A stretch of 64,000 bases of DNA from Candidatus Poribacteria bacterium (GCA_022823085.1 JAJDXV010000087.1:34054-98053), one strand, 5' to 3'. Positions 45,963-56,515 are shown, counted from the first letter of the stretch. Notes: a model not told the origin generated them from the letters alone. A program made the numbers and translations.

Positions 45963-47279
45963 CTAATCCGACCGGAGTGCCTCGACGGGCGTGAGTTTCG
46001 ATGCCTTATTCGCCGGATACAACCCGAAGAAAACACCGATCGCGACGGAAACGAGTAACGCAATGACCATGGTGCCGAACGAGATGACCGAGGGCCAGTT
46101 GCTCCCTTCCCAGACGAACCTGGAGATGAGCGCGGCGGTACCTTGCCCCATAAAGATGCCTAAGATTGCGCCGAGAATCCCGCCCCCAAGTGTCAGCACT
46201 GCAGCCTCAATCAAAAATTGGGTTAAAATATCGGTTCGTGTTGCACCGAGGGCTTTCCGTAATCCGATCTCACGCGTCCGGTCCGTAACAGAGACAAGCA
46301 TAATGTTCATCACACCGATGCCAGCAACCATGAGCGCGATAGCGGCGATGCCACCCATCAAGGCTTTCATGACCAAACCGACCTTATTCGCAGTTGCTAA
46401 TTCCTCTGTCGCCGTCCAATAGTTATATTCTTCACCTGTGTTGTTGTGTTGTCTCCCTAATACGGTTTTCGCATCTGCTATTGCGAGTGGAATCGTATCC
46501 ACATCAACGGCTTCAATGCGGATGCGTTCAACATCTTGACGGCCTTTAAAACGCTGTTGGAGTGTTGTTATCGGAATGATGAAACGATCGTCCCATCCGG
46601 AAGTATCCATTGCGTCGCCTTTCTCTTCCATGACACCGATGACTTTGAGGCGTACCTCATAGAGTCCACTCCTTCCGTACCGATAGGACTGACGCGAGGC
46701 TTTAATCTCTTTTCCAACAGGGTCTTCATCAATGAAAACCTCTTCGGCGACTTTCGAGCCGATGACAGCCACGCTACTCGCCGCTTCCACCTCTTCAGCG
46801 GTAAAGAATCTACCACTTGAAGCATACCAGTTATGCGACCTGTCATATCCAGCAGTAGACGCGACGATACGCGATTCCTTTGAGCGACCCTTGTAATTCA
46901 CGTTCCATCCGCCCATATCGTCTTCAGCGACGACATCAACGATCCCACGTGCATGCTTCAAGATTTCAAAGGCATCTTCTGTTTCCAAGTCTTCGGCACG
47001 GTTCCGTTGCCAGCGCCCCCTACCGCGCACAGCTTCTCCAGCTGCACGACTCAGCGTCCCGGACTGTTTGTCCCAATCGTCTTTATAGACTTCAACAATT
47101 TTCGTGCCACCCGTTCGCTCAATCTCACGTAGCACCATGGCACTTGATCCGTCTCCGACAGATACCATACTCACAACGGAACCGACACCGACGATGATCC
47201 CTAAGATCGTCAACGCGGAGCGGAGCGGATTACGACGCAAGCTCGAAATACCTAAAATGATACATTCAAGTAGATTCAT
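45963..47279 (-). CDS. ABC-transporter permease, MacB-periplasmic-core + FtsX domain (divergent paralog 1)
   Basis: RSALTILGIIVGVGSV N-terminal TM, and a C-terminal FtsX block VTDRTREIGLRKALGA. The RBS overlaps the upstream stop. Confidence 0.85.
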   Translation of the reverse strand: MNLLECIILGISSLRRNPLRSALTILGIIVGVGSVVSMVSVGDGSSAMVLREIERTGGTKIVEVYKDDWDKQSGTLSRAAGEAVRGRGRWQRNRAEDLETEDAFEILKHARGIVDVVAEDDMGGWNVNYKGRSKESRIVASTAGYDRSHNWYASSGRFFTAEEVEAASSVAVIGSKVAEEVFIDEDPVGKEIKASRQSYRYGRSGLYEVRLKVIGVMEEKGDAMDTSGWDDRFIIPITTLQQRFKGRQDVERIRIEAVDVDTIPLAIADAKTVLGRQHNNTGEEYNYWTATEELATANKVGLVMKALMGGIAAIALMVAGIGVMNIMLVSVTDRTREIGLRKALGATRTDILTQFLIEAAVLTLGGGILGAILGIFMGQGTAALISRFVWEGSNWPSVISFGTMVIALLVSVAIGVFFGLYPANKASKLTPVEALRSD

Positions 47280-47291
47280 TTATTCTGCCTC

Positions 47292-48593
47292 CTAATCGGT
47301 ACGTAGTGCCTCGATCGGTGAGAGTGCTGACGCTTTTATCGCAGGATACAGTCCGAAAGAGATACCGATGATAGCTGAAAATGACACCGAAATGAGTATC
47401 CATTGTGTTGAAATAACCGAGGGCCATTCAGGCACAATTTGGACGATTTTGACAGCGAGGAGTGCCATCCCTTCGCCAGCGAGCATCCCTACACCGATGC
47501 CGATTACGCCGCCAACGGCACACATCGCAATCGCTTCTATTAAGAACTGTATCAAAATGTCCACACGTTTCGCACCGACAGCTTTTCGGAGTCCGATCTC
47601 GCGTGTCCGTTCGGTTACGGCGACCAACATCATGTTCATAATGCCGATACCGCCGACGAGGAGCGAGAACCCTGCGATACTCCCGAGTGCAATTTTTATC
47701 ACGTTACCGATCTTCTCCAATTGTGCCATCCCTTCGCGCATATCCCTGAGCATAAAGAAATCGTCTTCACCTTTATGCCGTTTCCGAATAACAGCTTTCA
47801 CTTCCTCAATCGCTTGTGGGACCTCTTCAACCGTGTTCGCATGAACGGAAAGCATTACAATTTGATCGTTACCAGTGAACCGTTTCTGTGTTGTTGTGAG
47901 AGGCATGAAGACCATATCATCCAAGTTGTACCCGAATCGTAAACTTCGCCCCCGGGGTGCCATCGTCCCGACCACCATAAACCGCTCGGTCATGCGTGTA
48001 TCGTCTCTTCTGCCCCACCGATCCCGTCTATCACCACCTCTACCGATCTTAATCTCTTGACCGACCGGTGAAGCGTTGCCGAATAGAGTCACAGCGACCT
48101 CTTGACCTAATACACAAACTTTTGTTTCGTTTACAATATCTTCTTCGGAAATAAACCGTCCTTGCGCAATGCCCCAATCCATCGCTTCCGCGAACGTGTA
48201 ATTTACACCGTTATAGCCTGTCCGTGCTTCGGAGCCGTCGGAGGCCTGGACGAGTACGCCTCTCCATTCCGGTATTCTCGGGACAACAACTTTTACAGAT
48301 GGGCATTCCGCCTCAATTGCCAATACGTCTTCAAATTTAAAGTATTCGTTGCTACGATTCGCGACCCACCGATTGCCTACACGTTTATGACCGGTTCGAT
48401 ACATCGTGAATTGGTTTACGCCGCCCATCTTCTGTGCATCTTGCAGCACAATCATCTTGGCACCGTCACCGATTGCGATCATTGCCAGGACCGCGGCGAC
48501 CCCGATGATGATCCCGAGCATCGTCAGCAGCGATCGCATTTTATTGCTACGGATCGCAGAAATTCCAACAGATAGCCCTTCAAATATACGCAT
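47292..48593 (-). CDS. ABC-transporter permease, MacB/FtsX type (paralog 2)
   Basis: KMRSLLTMLGIIIGVAAVLAMIAIGDGAK, VTERTREIGLRKAVGA. GGGAGG RBS. Confidence 0.85.
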   Translation of the reverse strand: MRIFEGLSVGISAIRSNKMRSLLTMLGIIIGVAAVLAMIAIGDGAKMIVLQDAQKMGGVNQFTMYRTGHKRVGNRWVANRSNEYFKFEDVLAIEAECPSVKVVVPRIPEWRGVLVQASDGSEARTGYNGVNYTFAEAMDWGIAQGRFISEEDIVNETKVCVLGQEVAVTLFGNASPVGQEIKIGRGGDRRDRWGRRDDTRMTERFMVVGTMAPRGRSLRFGYNLDDMVFMPLTTTQKRFTGNDQIVMLSVHANTVEEVPQAIEEVKAVIRKRHKGEDDFFMLRDMREGMAQLEKIGNVIKIALGSIAGFSLLVGGIGIMNMMLVAVTERTREIGLRKAVGAKRVDILIQFLIEAIAMCAVGGVIGIGVGMLAGEGMALLAVKIVQIVPEWPSVISTQWILISVSFSAIIGISFGLYPAIKASALSPIEALRTD

Positions 48594-48685
48594 TTCACGC
48601 CTCCCAACAAAAGTAGATTTCTATACTTAACTTTTAGACAGAGAAAGCGTAAAAGAGTTCGCTTTTTTTTGCAACGATTTTCTTC

Positions 48686-48804
48686 AGGACTTACGCATAC
48701 CGCTCTTTTGTACCACAAACTGTTAGTTTGTGACGCCAGAACGCTGTGTTTTCAGAGGTATTTCATCTAACAGAGCCACCTATAGTCAAAAGTGCGTAAG
48801 TCCT
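48686..48804 (+). repeat. MITE-like TIR element, copy 3 (119 bp)
   Basis: Same termini as the other copies. Hairpin is CACAAAC-TGTTA-GTTTGTG. Confidence 0.9.
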
Positions 48805-48911
48805 GTTCTTATTACAAATGAATGCCGCACCTTAATTCTGGTAAAACGAACTGCTTTTTTAGACGTAATTACGCTAAAAGGGTTTAGTGTTTCGTATCGT
48901 ACTCGGATGTG

Positions 48912-50213
48912 TCATTCCGTCCGGAGCGCCTCAATCGGTGAGAGCGCCGACGCTTTGACTGCCGGATATAATCCGAACAGGATACCGATGACCGCTGAGA
49001 ACGACACTGAAATGAGGACCCATTGTGTCGAGATGACGGCTGGCCATTCGGGAACAATTTTGGCGATTTTGACAGCGAGAAGTGCCATCCCTTCCCCTGC
49101 AAACATACCTAACCCGATACCGATCGCGCCCCCAACACTACAGATAATAATGGCTTCCATGAGGAACTGCGCCATAATGTCAAAACGCTTTGCACCGAGT
49201 GCTTTTCGGAGTCCGATTTCCCGTGTCCGTTCACTGACCGCGACGAGCATCATATTCATAATCCCGATACCGCCGACGAGAAGCGAAAATCCTGCGATAC
49301 TCCCCAAGGCGATTTTAATCATTTTGCTGATTTTCTCCAATTGTGCCATACCTGAACGCATCTCAAAGATCCCGACGAAGGCGTCATCACCTTTATGTCG
49401 TTTTCGGATAACAGTTTTTACCTCTTCAATCGCCTTCGGTACCTCCTCAACCGTATGTGCGTAGATGACAATATCCTGAATGTGATCGTTGCCGGTGAAC
49501 CGTTCTTGGACTGTAGAGATCGGTATAAAAACAAGGTTGTCATAACTCCAACCGAACCGGAGGCTTCGTCCACGCGGTGTCAGCGTACCGACGACAGTAA
49601 AACGTTCCGTAGAGCGTTTAGTGTCTCTGCGTCCCCATCGGTCGTACCGGTCTCCGCCTTTCCCTATTTTGATCTCCTGTCCTAACGGTGATTTGTTACC
49701 GAACAGTTCAGTGGCGACCTCTTGTCCGAGCACACAGATTTTTGTTGCGTTTTGGACATCTTCGTCTGTAATGAAACGTCCTTCTTGAACATCCCAATCC
49801 ATTGCGACGGGATAGTTGGCATCCACCCCGTTGTAGCCTGCACGGGTTTCGGAACCGTCGGATGCCTGGATTAACGACCCTCTCCATTCTGGGATGCGAG
49901 GCGTGACGGCGCGGACGGACGGACATTCGGCTTCAATCGCGAGTACATCTTCGTATGCCAAGTATTCGTTGCTGCGGATGCGAATCCATCGTCCTCTTTC
50001 TCGTTTATATGTCGTGCGGTACATCGTGAACTGGTTCGCGCCCCCTAATTTCTGCGCGTCTCGGAGCACAATTACCTTCGCACCATCCCCGATTGCAATC
50101 ATTGCCAGGACAGCGGCGACACCGATGATAATGCCGAGCATTGTCAGCAGCGAGCGCATTTTGTTTGCCCGAATTGCTGATAGCCCGATTGATAACCCTT
50201 CAATTAAGCGCAT
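48912..50213 (-). CDS. ABC-transporter permease, MacB/FtsX type (paralog 3)
   Basis: High identity to paralogs 2 and 4. ATG at 50213 lies 4 nt after AGGAGG. Confidence 0.85.
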   Translation of the reverse strand: MRLIEGLSIGLSAIRANKMRSLLTMLGIIIGVAAVLAMIAIGDGAKVIVLRDAQKLGGANQFTMYRTTYKRERGRWIRIRSNEYLAYEDVLAIEAECPSVRAVTPRIPEWRGSLIQASDGSETRAGYNGVDANYPVAMDWDVQEGRFITDEDVQNATKICVLGQEVATELFGNKSPLGQEIKIGKGGDRYDRWGRRDTKRSTERFTVVGTLTPRGRSLRFGWSYDNLVFIPISTVQERFTGNDHIQDIVIYAHTVEEVPKAIEEVKTVIRKRHKGDDAFVGIFEMRSGMAQLEKISKMIKIALGSIAGFSLLVGGIGIMNMMLVAVSERTREIGLRKALGAKRFDIMAQFLMEAIIICSVGGAIGIGLGMFAGEGMALLAVKIAKIVPEWPAVISTQWVLISVSFSAVIGILFGLYPAVKASALSPIEALRTE

Positions 50214-50260
50214 GTCACCTCCTAAAATTTTTGGAAACTTTGTGTCCATTAAAAACCATT

Positions 50261-50379
50261 AGGACTTACGCATGCTGCTCTTTTGTACCATAGGCTGTTA
50301 GCCTGTGCTACCAGAACGCTGTGTTTTCCGAAAACTTTCATCTAACAGAACCACCTACTGTCAAAATTGCGTAAGTCCT
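50261..50379 (+). repeat. MITE-like TIR element, copy 4 (119 bp)
   Basis: Same termini as the other copies. Hairpin is CATAGGC-TGTTA-GCCTGTG, with a T.G at stem position 3. Confidence 0.9.
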
Positions 50380-50469
50380 GACCATAACATTTGACGTAAT
50401 GATCTGAAATAAGTTTATTGTCTCTTGGATGTAATCGGTGGGTTGGAAAGTCGGATTCTGGCTTTAACG

Positions 50470-50497
50470 AAAAAAGGCGCGCTTTGAGAGCGCGCCT
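50470..50497 (-). terminator. rho-independent terminator after permease paralog 4
   Basis: On the minus strand, AGGCGCGC-TCTCAAA-GCGCGCCT is followed by TTTTTT. Confidence 0.7.
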
Positions 50498-50530
50498 ACA
50501 AAACAGATATTGCTTGAACGATCTTTAAAC

Positions 50531-51832
50531 TTACTCTGCACGTAGGGCTTCCTTAGGCGGAAGCATCGAGGCTTTTATAGCCGGATACAGCCCAAACGAG
50601 ATACCGATCACAGCCGAAAATGATACTGCGATCAATACCCACTCCATAGAAATAACGGCTGGCCATTCGGGGACAATTTTAGCGATTTTGACAGCGAGCA
50701 CTGCCATGCCTTCGCCAGCCAGGACACCGAGTCCGACACCGATCGCGCCACCGACACCACACATTGCGACCGCCTCTATGAGAAATTGCGCCATAATATC
50801 TAACGGTTTCGCACCGAGTGCTTTTCGTAATCCGATCTCACGGGTACGCTCACTGACCGCGACGAGCATCATATTCATAATCCCGATGCCGCCAACAAGG
50901 AGTGAGAATCCAGCAATACTGCCCAAGGCGATTTTAATCATTTGACTAATCCGTTCTAATTGTGCCATGCCTGAGCGCATCGCACGGATTTTGATGAAGT
51001 CGTCTTGGTCGTTGTGCCGTTTTCGGATAACTTCTCTGGCTTCCGCAATGGCTTTCGGGATGTCATCCGTGGTGTTCGCGAAAACCATAATATCCGAAAC
51101 CCTATCGCCACCGGTGAGACGTTCTTGGACAGTTGATATCGGGATAAAGGCGAGGTTATCGTAACTCATCCCAAACCGTAGACTTCTGCCTCTCAATTGG
51201 AGTGTACCGACGACCGTGAAGCGTTCGGTCAAACGCTCGCGTCGTCTTCTACCCCACTGGTCTCGGTATCGGACATCACGGGCGATTTTGATCTCTTGTC
51301 CTAACGGTGATTTATTCCCGAAGAGTTCAAAGGCGATTTCGTCACCGAGTACACAAATTTTTGTTGCGTTTTGGACATCTTCGTCTGTAATGAAGCGTCC
51401 CGCTTTGAGTTCCCACTTCATTGCGGTTTGGTAGTTGGCATCTACACCGTTATAGCCGGCATAGGTCTCATGGCCGTCTGGTCCCTGAATCAAAACGCCT
51501 CTCCAATCCGGAATTCTCGGTACGACTGAACTCACGGATGGGCATTCTGCCTCGATTGCCTGAGCGTCTCCGTATTTCATATATTCATTGCTACGGACGC
51601 GGACCCATCTATTATTTTCTCGTTTGTAGGAGGTGTGGTAAAGTGTAATACGTGTCGCACCGCCTAATTTTTCTACGTCATTCATCACGATTTCTTTAGC
51701 ACCGTCACCGATAGCAATCATTGCAAGGACCGCCGCGATACCGATGATAATCCCTAACATCGTCAATAACGAACGCATTTTGTTTGCGCGAATCGCAGCG
51801 AGTCCAATAGATATTCCCTCTATTAAACGCAT
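50531..51832 (-). CDS. ABC-transporter permease, MacB/FtsX type (paralog 4)
   Basis: KMRSLLTMLGIIIGIAAVLAMIAIGDGAK, VSERTREIGLRKALGA. AGGAG RBS. Confidence 0.85.
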   Translation of the reverse strand: MRLIEGISIGLAAIRANKMRSLLTMLGIIIGIAAVLAMIAIGDGAKEIVMNDVEKLGGATRITLYHTSYKRENNRWVRVRSNEYMKYGDAQAIEAECPSVSSVVPRIPDWRGVLIQGPDGHETYAGYNGVDANYQTAMKWELKAGRFITDEDVQNATKICVLGDEIAFELFGNKSPLGQEIKIARDVRYRDQWGRRRRERLTERFTVVGTLQLRGRSLRFGMSYDNLAFIPISTVQERLTGGDRVSDIMVFANTTDDIPKAIAEAREVIRKRHNDQDDFIKIRAMRSGMAQLERISQMIKIALGSIAGFSLLVGGIGIMNMMLVAVSERTREIGLRKALGAKPLDIMAQFLIEAVAMCGVGGAIGVGLGVLAGEGMAVLAVKIAKIVPEWPAVISMEWVLIAVSFSAVIGISFGLYPAIKASMLPPKEALRAE

Positions 51833-52265
51833 GTTTTCTCCTGAACGTTTTGTCGTAAAATCTAAAAATATGTTGGCACTTCCATCGGAAAATACCGATC
51901 CCGATGCCCTCTTGCAGGCGATGAGAGCGATCTACATTCGTTACAAAAAAGTCTCTAACCTCGCCTCTCGGACAGTGCACACTTAATTGTGGATTTTACG
52001 ATAACGTATCTGTTGGTATATCTTTTAATTTCTGACTAAATATATTTTGTGAAATTATAATTAACGAATGTTATCTGTTAAATAAACACATATTTAACAC
52101 GCCTGTCTATAGGCGTTTCTTAGGCATTTCTGCTTTTCAGCCGTAGCGTTTGACGCAATTAACGCTGATAGGTTTATAAAAGTTTCGTTTACTGGGGGAC
52201 AAGTGCCGGTTCTGGCTGATGTGAAGTTGAGTGCTGGCGAGGAGAAACGATAGTGGAAGGCAGAA

Positions 52266-53108
52266 TTACGGTGTTAAATTTTTAGATTTCGTCCGCGCAA
52301 TGGTTTTCTGGTATCGGGCTGCCATCTCGGGACCTTGTGCTTGTAGGTATTCTTGCTCTGATCGGCGTGCCGCTTCGGTTGAAGGCGCGTGCGGAATGTC
52401 GATATAGGCGGTGCTAATCTGGTCGTTACCCCATTTGTAGGCGACGATTTCGCCTTTGCTGATGATGAGGTTCATACCGACGTTCGCTTCTACAATGGGT
52501 ACGCCGTTTTCACGCGCTCTGGCGAGAACGGTCTGATTTTGTGCTTTGCCTTTCGATCCGTAAGAAGGGATCAGAAGGAATTGTGCGCCATCTAAAACGA
52601 GTGTCCGTGCGATCAACGGATTCCATCTGTCGTTGCAAATTAAGATACCGGCGCGTCCGAACGGCGTGTCGAATGCCCGGATCGTCTCGCCGATGCAGTT
52701 GAAGTTCCACGATGGATGCGTGCCTTCGGCAAACTGGGTTTTATGATAGGTGCCGCAAATCTCACCTTCATTATCAATAAATACAGCAGAATTGTAAACA
52801 GAGGTGCCGCGCCGCTCAGCGAATCCGAAGCAGAGACAGGTCTTGAGTTGTTTGGCAAGCCGACGGAAGCGGTGGATATACGCACCGTCAATCGGCTCTG
52901 CGATGTCGAGCATCGCCTCTGGTGTGGCGCTGCTTTCGATGACATCCATGACGACGTAGCCTTCTAATACGCCCTCAGTCGCCAAAATTAACTGTGGCGT
53001 ATCTTTGGCAGCCGCTACGAATAAAGCCTCCAATTTCTCGGCGTTGGAGGCTTTATCCCATTTGGTGGGTTTCAACGAAATTGCGGAGACCTTAACTAAT
53101 TTGTACAT
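52266..53108 (-). CDS. carbon-nitrogen hydrolase (nitrilase superfamily)
   Basis: A Glu/Lys/Cys triad context is present (ATEGVLEG, YHKTQ, ILICNDRW). Confidence 0.8.
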   Translation of the reverse strand: MYKLVKVSAISLKPTKWDKASNAEKLEALFVAAAKDTPQLILATEGVLEGYVVMDVIESSATPEAMLDIAEPIDGAYIHRFRRLAKQLKTCLCFGFAERRGTSVYNSAVFIDNEGEICGTYHKTQFAEGTHPSWNFNCIGETIRAFDTPFGRAGILICNDRWNPLIARTLVLDGAQFLLIPSYGSKGKAQNQTVLARARENGVPIVEANVGMNLIISKGEIVAYKWGNDQISTAYIDIPHAPSTEAARRSEQEYLQAQGPEMAARYQKTIARTKSKNLTP

Positions 53109-53138
53109 AGATTCTAAAATATCTAAACGTGGTTGTAC

Positions 53139-54290
53139 TTATTTTGGATAGGCTGTGTCAAGGGAGAGAATCGCATAACTGGTTACTAACACAGGGAGTG
53201 CTTCCATCCAGCGACTGTTCTCGTTGACCCAGGAGCCGTCAGGTTTCTGTACTGCAATCAATTTTCCCGCAAGTTCGCGGTACCAATCGTGTGTGATGCC
53301 TTTGGAATCTACAAATGTTGATTGTCCGTACAGCCGCAGTGCCTTTGCCATTGTGTGGTAGTTATAGTAAAGTCCCTGAGCACCCATGCCGTAGTTTTCT
53401 TCGAGCGTGAAGTGCTCCTGTATCCACTTGAAAGCGGCTTGGACGCGCTCATCGTTCTTATCAACATTTGCGTAAATGAAACTCAGCAATCCGGCATAAG
53501 TCATGCTGGCATAGGAGCGCGGACTTCCTGCGGCATCTGTTCCGGCTTTGCTTTCACCGTCAGGAGCATAAATAAAACCGCCGTCGTTACCTGCCCATGA
53601 CTGATCGTTACTCTCGCTCCGATTCTGGGTGCGTTCGAGAAATTTGATCGCCTTGTCCCAGACTTCTTGGTCATTAGAACCGCTCTCCTTCAACGCTTGG
53701 ATAGCGATATTCAGATTGGACAAATCCTTCACGTCCTGACGGCTGCCGTAGCCGATGCCACCAAAATAAACGCTCTCCTCATCTGTGACCTGTAATCCTT
53801 TCAAGAAACCTTGTGCTTTTTTAATAACTTCGTCATACTTCGGATTACCGGTTGAGGAAAGAGCCATGACAGAGATAGAGGTATTGTAATTCGGCAGTGC
53901 GGGTTGCATCTCAACATCATAGATTGCACCGTTGGGTTGTTGCATCTCGACTAACCGTTGGAGTCCCTTCTGAATGAAAGGATGCGCTGTCTCTGAATAT
54001 TTTTTCTCTGGATGCCGTAAAAAGGCGGTGAGTGCAAGTGCCGTTATTCCGGGATGATCGGCGAAGAGTCCATCCTCAGCCTGTTGTCCCTTTAGCCATT
54101 CCAATCCCTTGTCGATGCTTGCGATAACCTGTCCGTTGAGTTCGTGATATTCCGATGCGTCTGCTTCATGGTGCGCGGTGATGCCGTTCTGTACAACAGC
54201 AAACATGAGGCATAACACCAATATGAATCCGTGTCGCGTTTTCATTCTCATTTTTCCACTCCGTTTCGATAGGTTGTTTGGACGATACAT
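53139..54290 (-). CDS. secreted prenyltransferase/squalene-oxidase-repeat (alpha/alpha toroid) protein
   Basis: Signal peptide, then repeated Q..DG.W / GG(F/I).Y motifs typical of terpenoid-cyclase-like repeats. Confidence 0.5.
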   Translation of the reverse strand: MYRPNNLSKRSGKMRMKTRHGFILVLCLMFAVVQNGITAHHEADASEYHELNGQVIASIDKGLEWLKGQQAEDGLFADHPGITALALTAFLRHPEKKYSETAHPFIQKGLQRLVEMQQPNGAIYDVEMQPALPNYNTSISVMALSSTGNPKYDEVIKKAQGFLKGLQVTDEESVYFGGIGYGSRQDVKDLSNLNIAIQALKESGSNDQEVWDKAIKFLERTQNRSESNDQSWAGNDGGFIYAPDGESKAGTDAAGSPRSYASMTYAGLLSFIYANVDKNDERVQAAFKWIQEHFTLEENYGMGAQGLYYNYHTMAKALRLYGQSTFVDSKGITHDWYRELAGKLIAVQKPDGSWVNENSRWMEALPVLVTSYAILSLDTAYPK

Positions 54291-54403
54291 AGCAAGTACG
54301 ATGCCAATTTAGAATGCCTATTATTACACCGATTTCAGGATTCTAAAGGATAATTACGTCAAAAAATGAACGCTATTGTCCATAATTTGAACAATTTTCC
54401 TCT

Positions 54404-54436
54404 CAAAGTCCCCCTGATAAGGGGATTTAGGCGGTT
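54404..54436. repeat. 33-nt intergenic repeat CAAAGTCCCCCTGATAAGGGGATTTAGGCGGTT, copy A
   Basis: Contains the hairpin TCCCC-TGATAA-GGGGA. It lies 8 nt beyond the stop of 54445-55482. Confidence 0.85.
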
Positions 54437-54444
54437 TCTTTCAT

Positions 54445-55482
54445 TTATGAGATTCGCACGGTTTCGCCGGTCTCTGAAGACTGCATCGCTGCGTCATAGA
54501 CCTGCATGAGTTTGCGGATTTCCTCAGGTTTGACGACCAGTTCTGCCCCTTTATTCAACACATCAGCGATGTTCTGATAATAGGATTTCCATGTCGTCTG
54601 GACGCTTTCGACGACGATCTCACGGTTCTCGCCGCCTGCCTCTGTCCAGACTTTGGCGTAGTTTTTCGGGTCTTGTTGTGCGGCATCGATATCCCCGTCG
54701 CGCATCGGTCCTTCTTGTGGGTCGAGTCCGTATTTGATTAACCCACCTAAATCACCGACAATGTACCAGCGCGGTTTCTCGGCTTTCGAGAGGTTACCAA
54801 TCTCAATCTGATACCTGACATCGTTTTCAAACTTGATGATCAGGTTGCCGTAGTTGCCGATGTCTGTGTCCCATCGTGTGTTGTAATGAATATCACAGAA
54901 GACGTATTCAACGGGTGCCGTTACGAGTTGTAGTGCTTGATCGACGAAATGTGCGGGCCAGTCGTAGAGGATACCACCGCTCTGACTTTTGATCCCGCGC
55001 CATCCGCCGGGTGCACCGTAGCGCATAATCGCGACTTGGAAGAGGTAGGGGGTTCCGAGCAGACCGTCGTCAATAATTTTCTTGACGGTGTTATAATCCC
55101 AATCCCATCTGCGGTTATGGAATACGCTGAGCAGCACATCGTTCCGTTTGCTGGCGGCGATCATCGCGTCTGCTTCGGCGGTATTCATCGCCATGATTTT
55201 ATCTGTAACGACGTGTTTACCTGCATCCATCGCTTTGATGGCAAGTTCGGCGTGCGTATCGTGTGGTGTCGCTAATACGACGAGGTCAACGGCATCATCT
55301 GCGATGACTTCGTCGATTGTTTCGTAACTTTTCGCGTTTGGATATGCTTGGTGTGCAGCCTCTCGGCGTTCAGGGGCCCGTGTCGCAATGGCGTAAAGGT
55401 TTAACCCGTCTGCCAAGCTGACGAGATAGGTATGAAAGGCGCGTCCTGCGTATCCGTAACCAATAACGGCGGTATTTACCAT
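54445..55482 (-). CDS. Gfo/Idh/MocA family oxidoreductase
   Basis: VIGYGYAGRAFH Rossmann start, and HVVTDKIMA. Confidence 0.85.
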   Translation of the reverse strand: MVNTAVIGYGYAGRAFHTYLVSLADGLNLYAIATRAPERREAAHQAYPNAKSYETIDEVIADDAVDLVVLATPHDTHAELAIKAMDAGKHVVTDKIMAMNTAEADAMIAASKRNDVLLSVFHNRRWDWDYNTVKKIIDDGLLGTPYLFQVAIMRYGAPGGWRGIKSQSGGILYDWPAHFVDQALQLVTAPVEYVFCDIHYNTRWDTDIGNYGNLIIKFENDVRYQIEIGNLSKAEKPRWYIVGDLGGLIKYGLDPQEGPMRDGDIDAAQQDPKNYAKVWTEAGGENREIVVESVQTTWKSYYQNIADVLNKGAELVVKPEEIRKLMQVYDAAMQSSETGETVRIS

Positions 55483-55487
55483 GATTC

Positions 55488-55522
55488 GTTTTCGGTTTTC
55501 GGTTGTCGGGTATCAGTTCCGG
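55488..55522. repeat. heptanucleotide tandem repeat (GTTTTCG GTTTTCG GTTGTCG GGTATCA GTTCCGG)
   Basis: Period-7 run immediately upstream of the minus-strand start at 55482. Confidence 0.75.
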
Positions 55523-55708
55523 ATTTGGAATTGACAACCTCAACCGATTTCTCCTTTGATAACGACTTGTGCTAGATAATTTTGTTTTATAGCGTTTTGC
55601 TTATGCGCGAACGATATCTTTGAGTTTCATCAAGGAACGTTCAAAACATCGGTTCACGGGGCACCGAGAAAACAACTAGCACAAGGCGTTTTGATAGTGA
55701 TTTTCAGT

Positions 55709-56506
55709 TTAACGTTGATCGTTCAGGGTCCAATCGTAGTCCAAGTAGTGAAATTTAACGTTCTCCGCTAATACGAAATCTGCGTCTTCAGGGGGCAGGT
55801 AATCGCTGAGAAAATCTGCTACACCGTCGTAGCCGTCTCTAAAATCCTCATCGTACCACTTGAAAATCTTCGAGAGGTAGACGCGACGTTTCACGCGGTC
55901 AATGCTAACCTGTTCAGGGTTCTGAACAAAGTTGAACGTTGCGGTCTCAAGGCGTTCCTCAATATCTTCAGCAGAAAACGCGCTGTTTTCGATGGGTGGG
56001 CAGCTCGTCGAGGCGCACACAAGGATAAAGTGAACCCGCGGATCCACAAATTCTGTGCGGATAATGCCGTGTTCAATCTGGTTGAGCGTGTAAGTTTTAC
56101 CCGCAACTTGGAACTTAAGCCGATAGAAAAACCCGCCGAACCATTTGACTTTTCGGACACTCGTTGTAGGATAGTGGTCGATAACCCCTTTAATAACAAG
56201 CGCGTTGTAGGCGTTAACCCAGAATGCCAACTGTGCATTGTAGGACAGTTCTGCTGGCTTCGCGACTGCCAACAGGTCCAAATATTTCTCCAATTTTTCG
56301 GGGTTCGCCTTCAGTTTTGTATAGTTAACCCGTCCCGCTTTATCGACGTGTTCTTGCAAGACCTGATTAAATAAATCATGTGAAAAAGCCGCGCCATTTA
56401 CAGCCTGCTGTGTCCGAGAATCCGCTTCAACGCGGAAATGATAAAGAAAAAAGACACTCAATACAGATAAAAACAAGAGGCATACAATCAGAATTCGGTT
56501 TTTCAT
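55709..56506 (-). CDS. DUF547 domain protein with signal/anchor
   Basis: AFWVNAYNALVIKGV and LVCASTSCPP are DUF547 hallmarks. ATG at 56506 is preferred. Confidence 0.7.
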   Translation of the reverse strand: MKNRILIVCLLFLSVLSVFFLYHFRVEADSRTQQAVNGAAFSHDLFNQVLQEHVDKAGRVNYTKLKANPEKLEKYLDLLAVAKPAELSYNAQLAFWVNAYNALVIKGVIDHYPTTSVRKVKWFGGFFYRLKFQVAGKTYTLNQIEHGIIRTEFVDPRVHFILVCASTSCPPIENSAFSAEDIEERLETATFNFVQNPEQVSIDRVKRRVYLSKIFKWYDEDFRDGYDGVADFLSDYLPPEDADFVLAENVKFHYLDYDWTLNDQR

Positions 56507-56515
56507 ATTTCTTTT

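Noticed and set aside
47368-50945. Long plus-strand ORFs (47368-47844, 48730-49464, 49894-50262, 50688-50945) opposite the permease genes.
   Set aside because: They are antisense shadow frames of clearly recognisable FtsX/MacB permease genes. Their composition is Ser/Pro/Ile-rich and low-complexity, they have no RBS, and they repeat only because the sense genes are paralogs.
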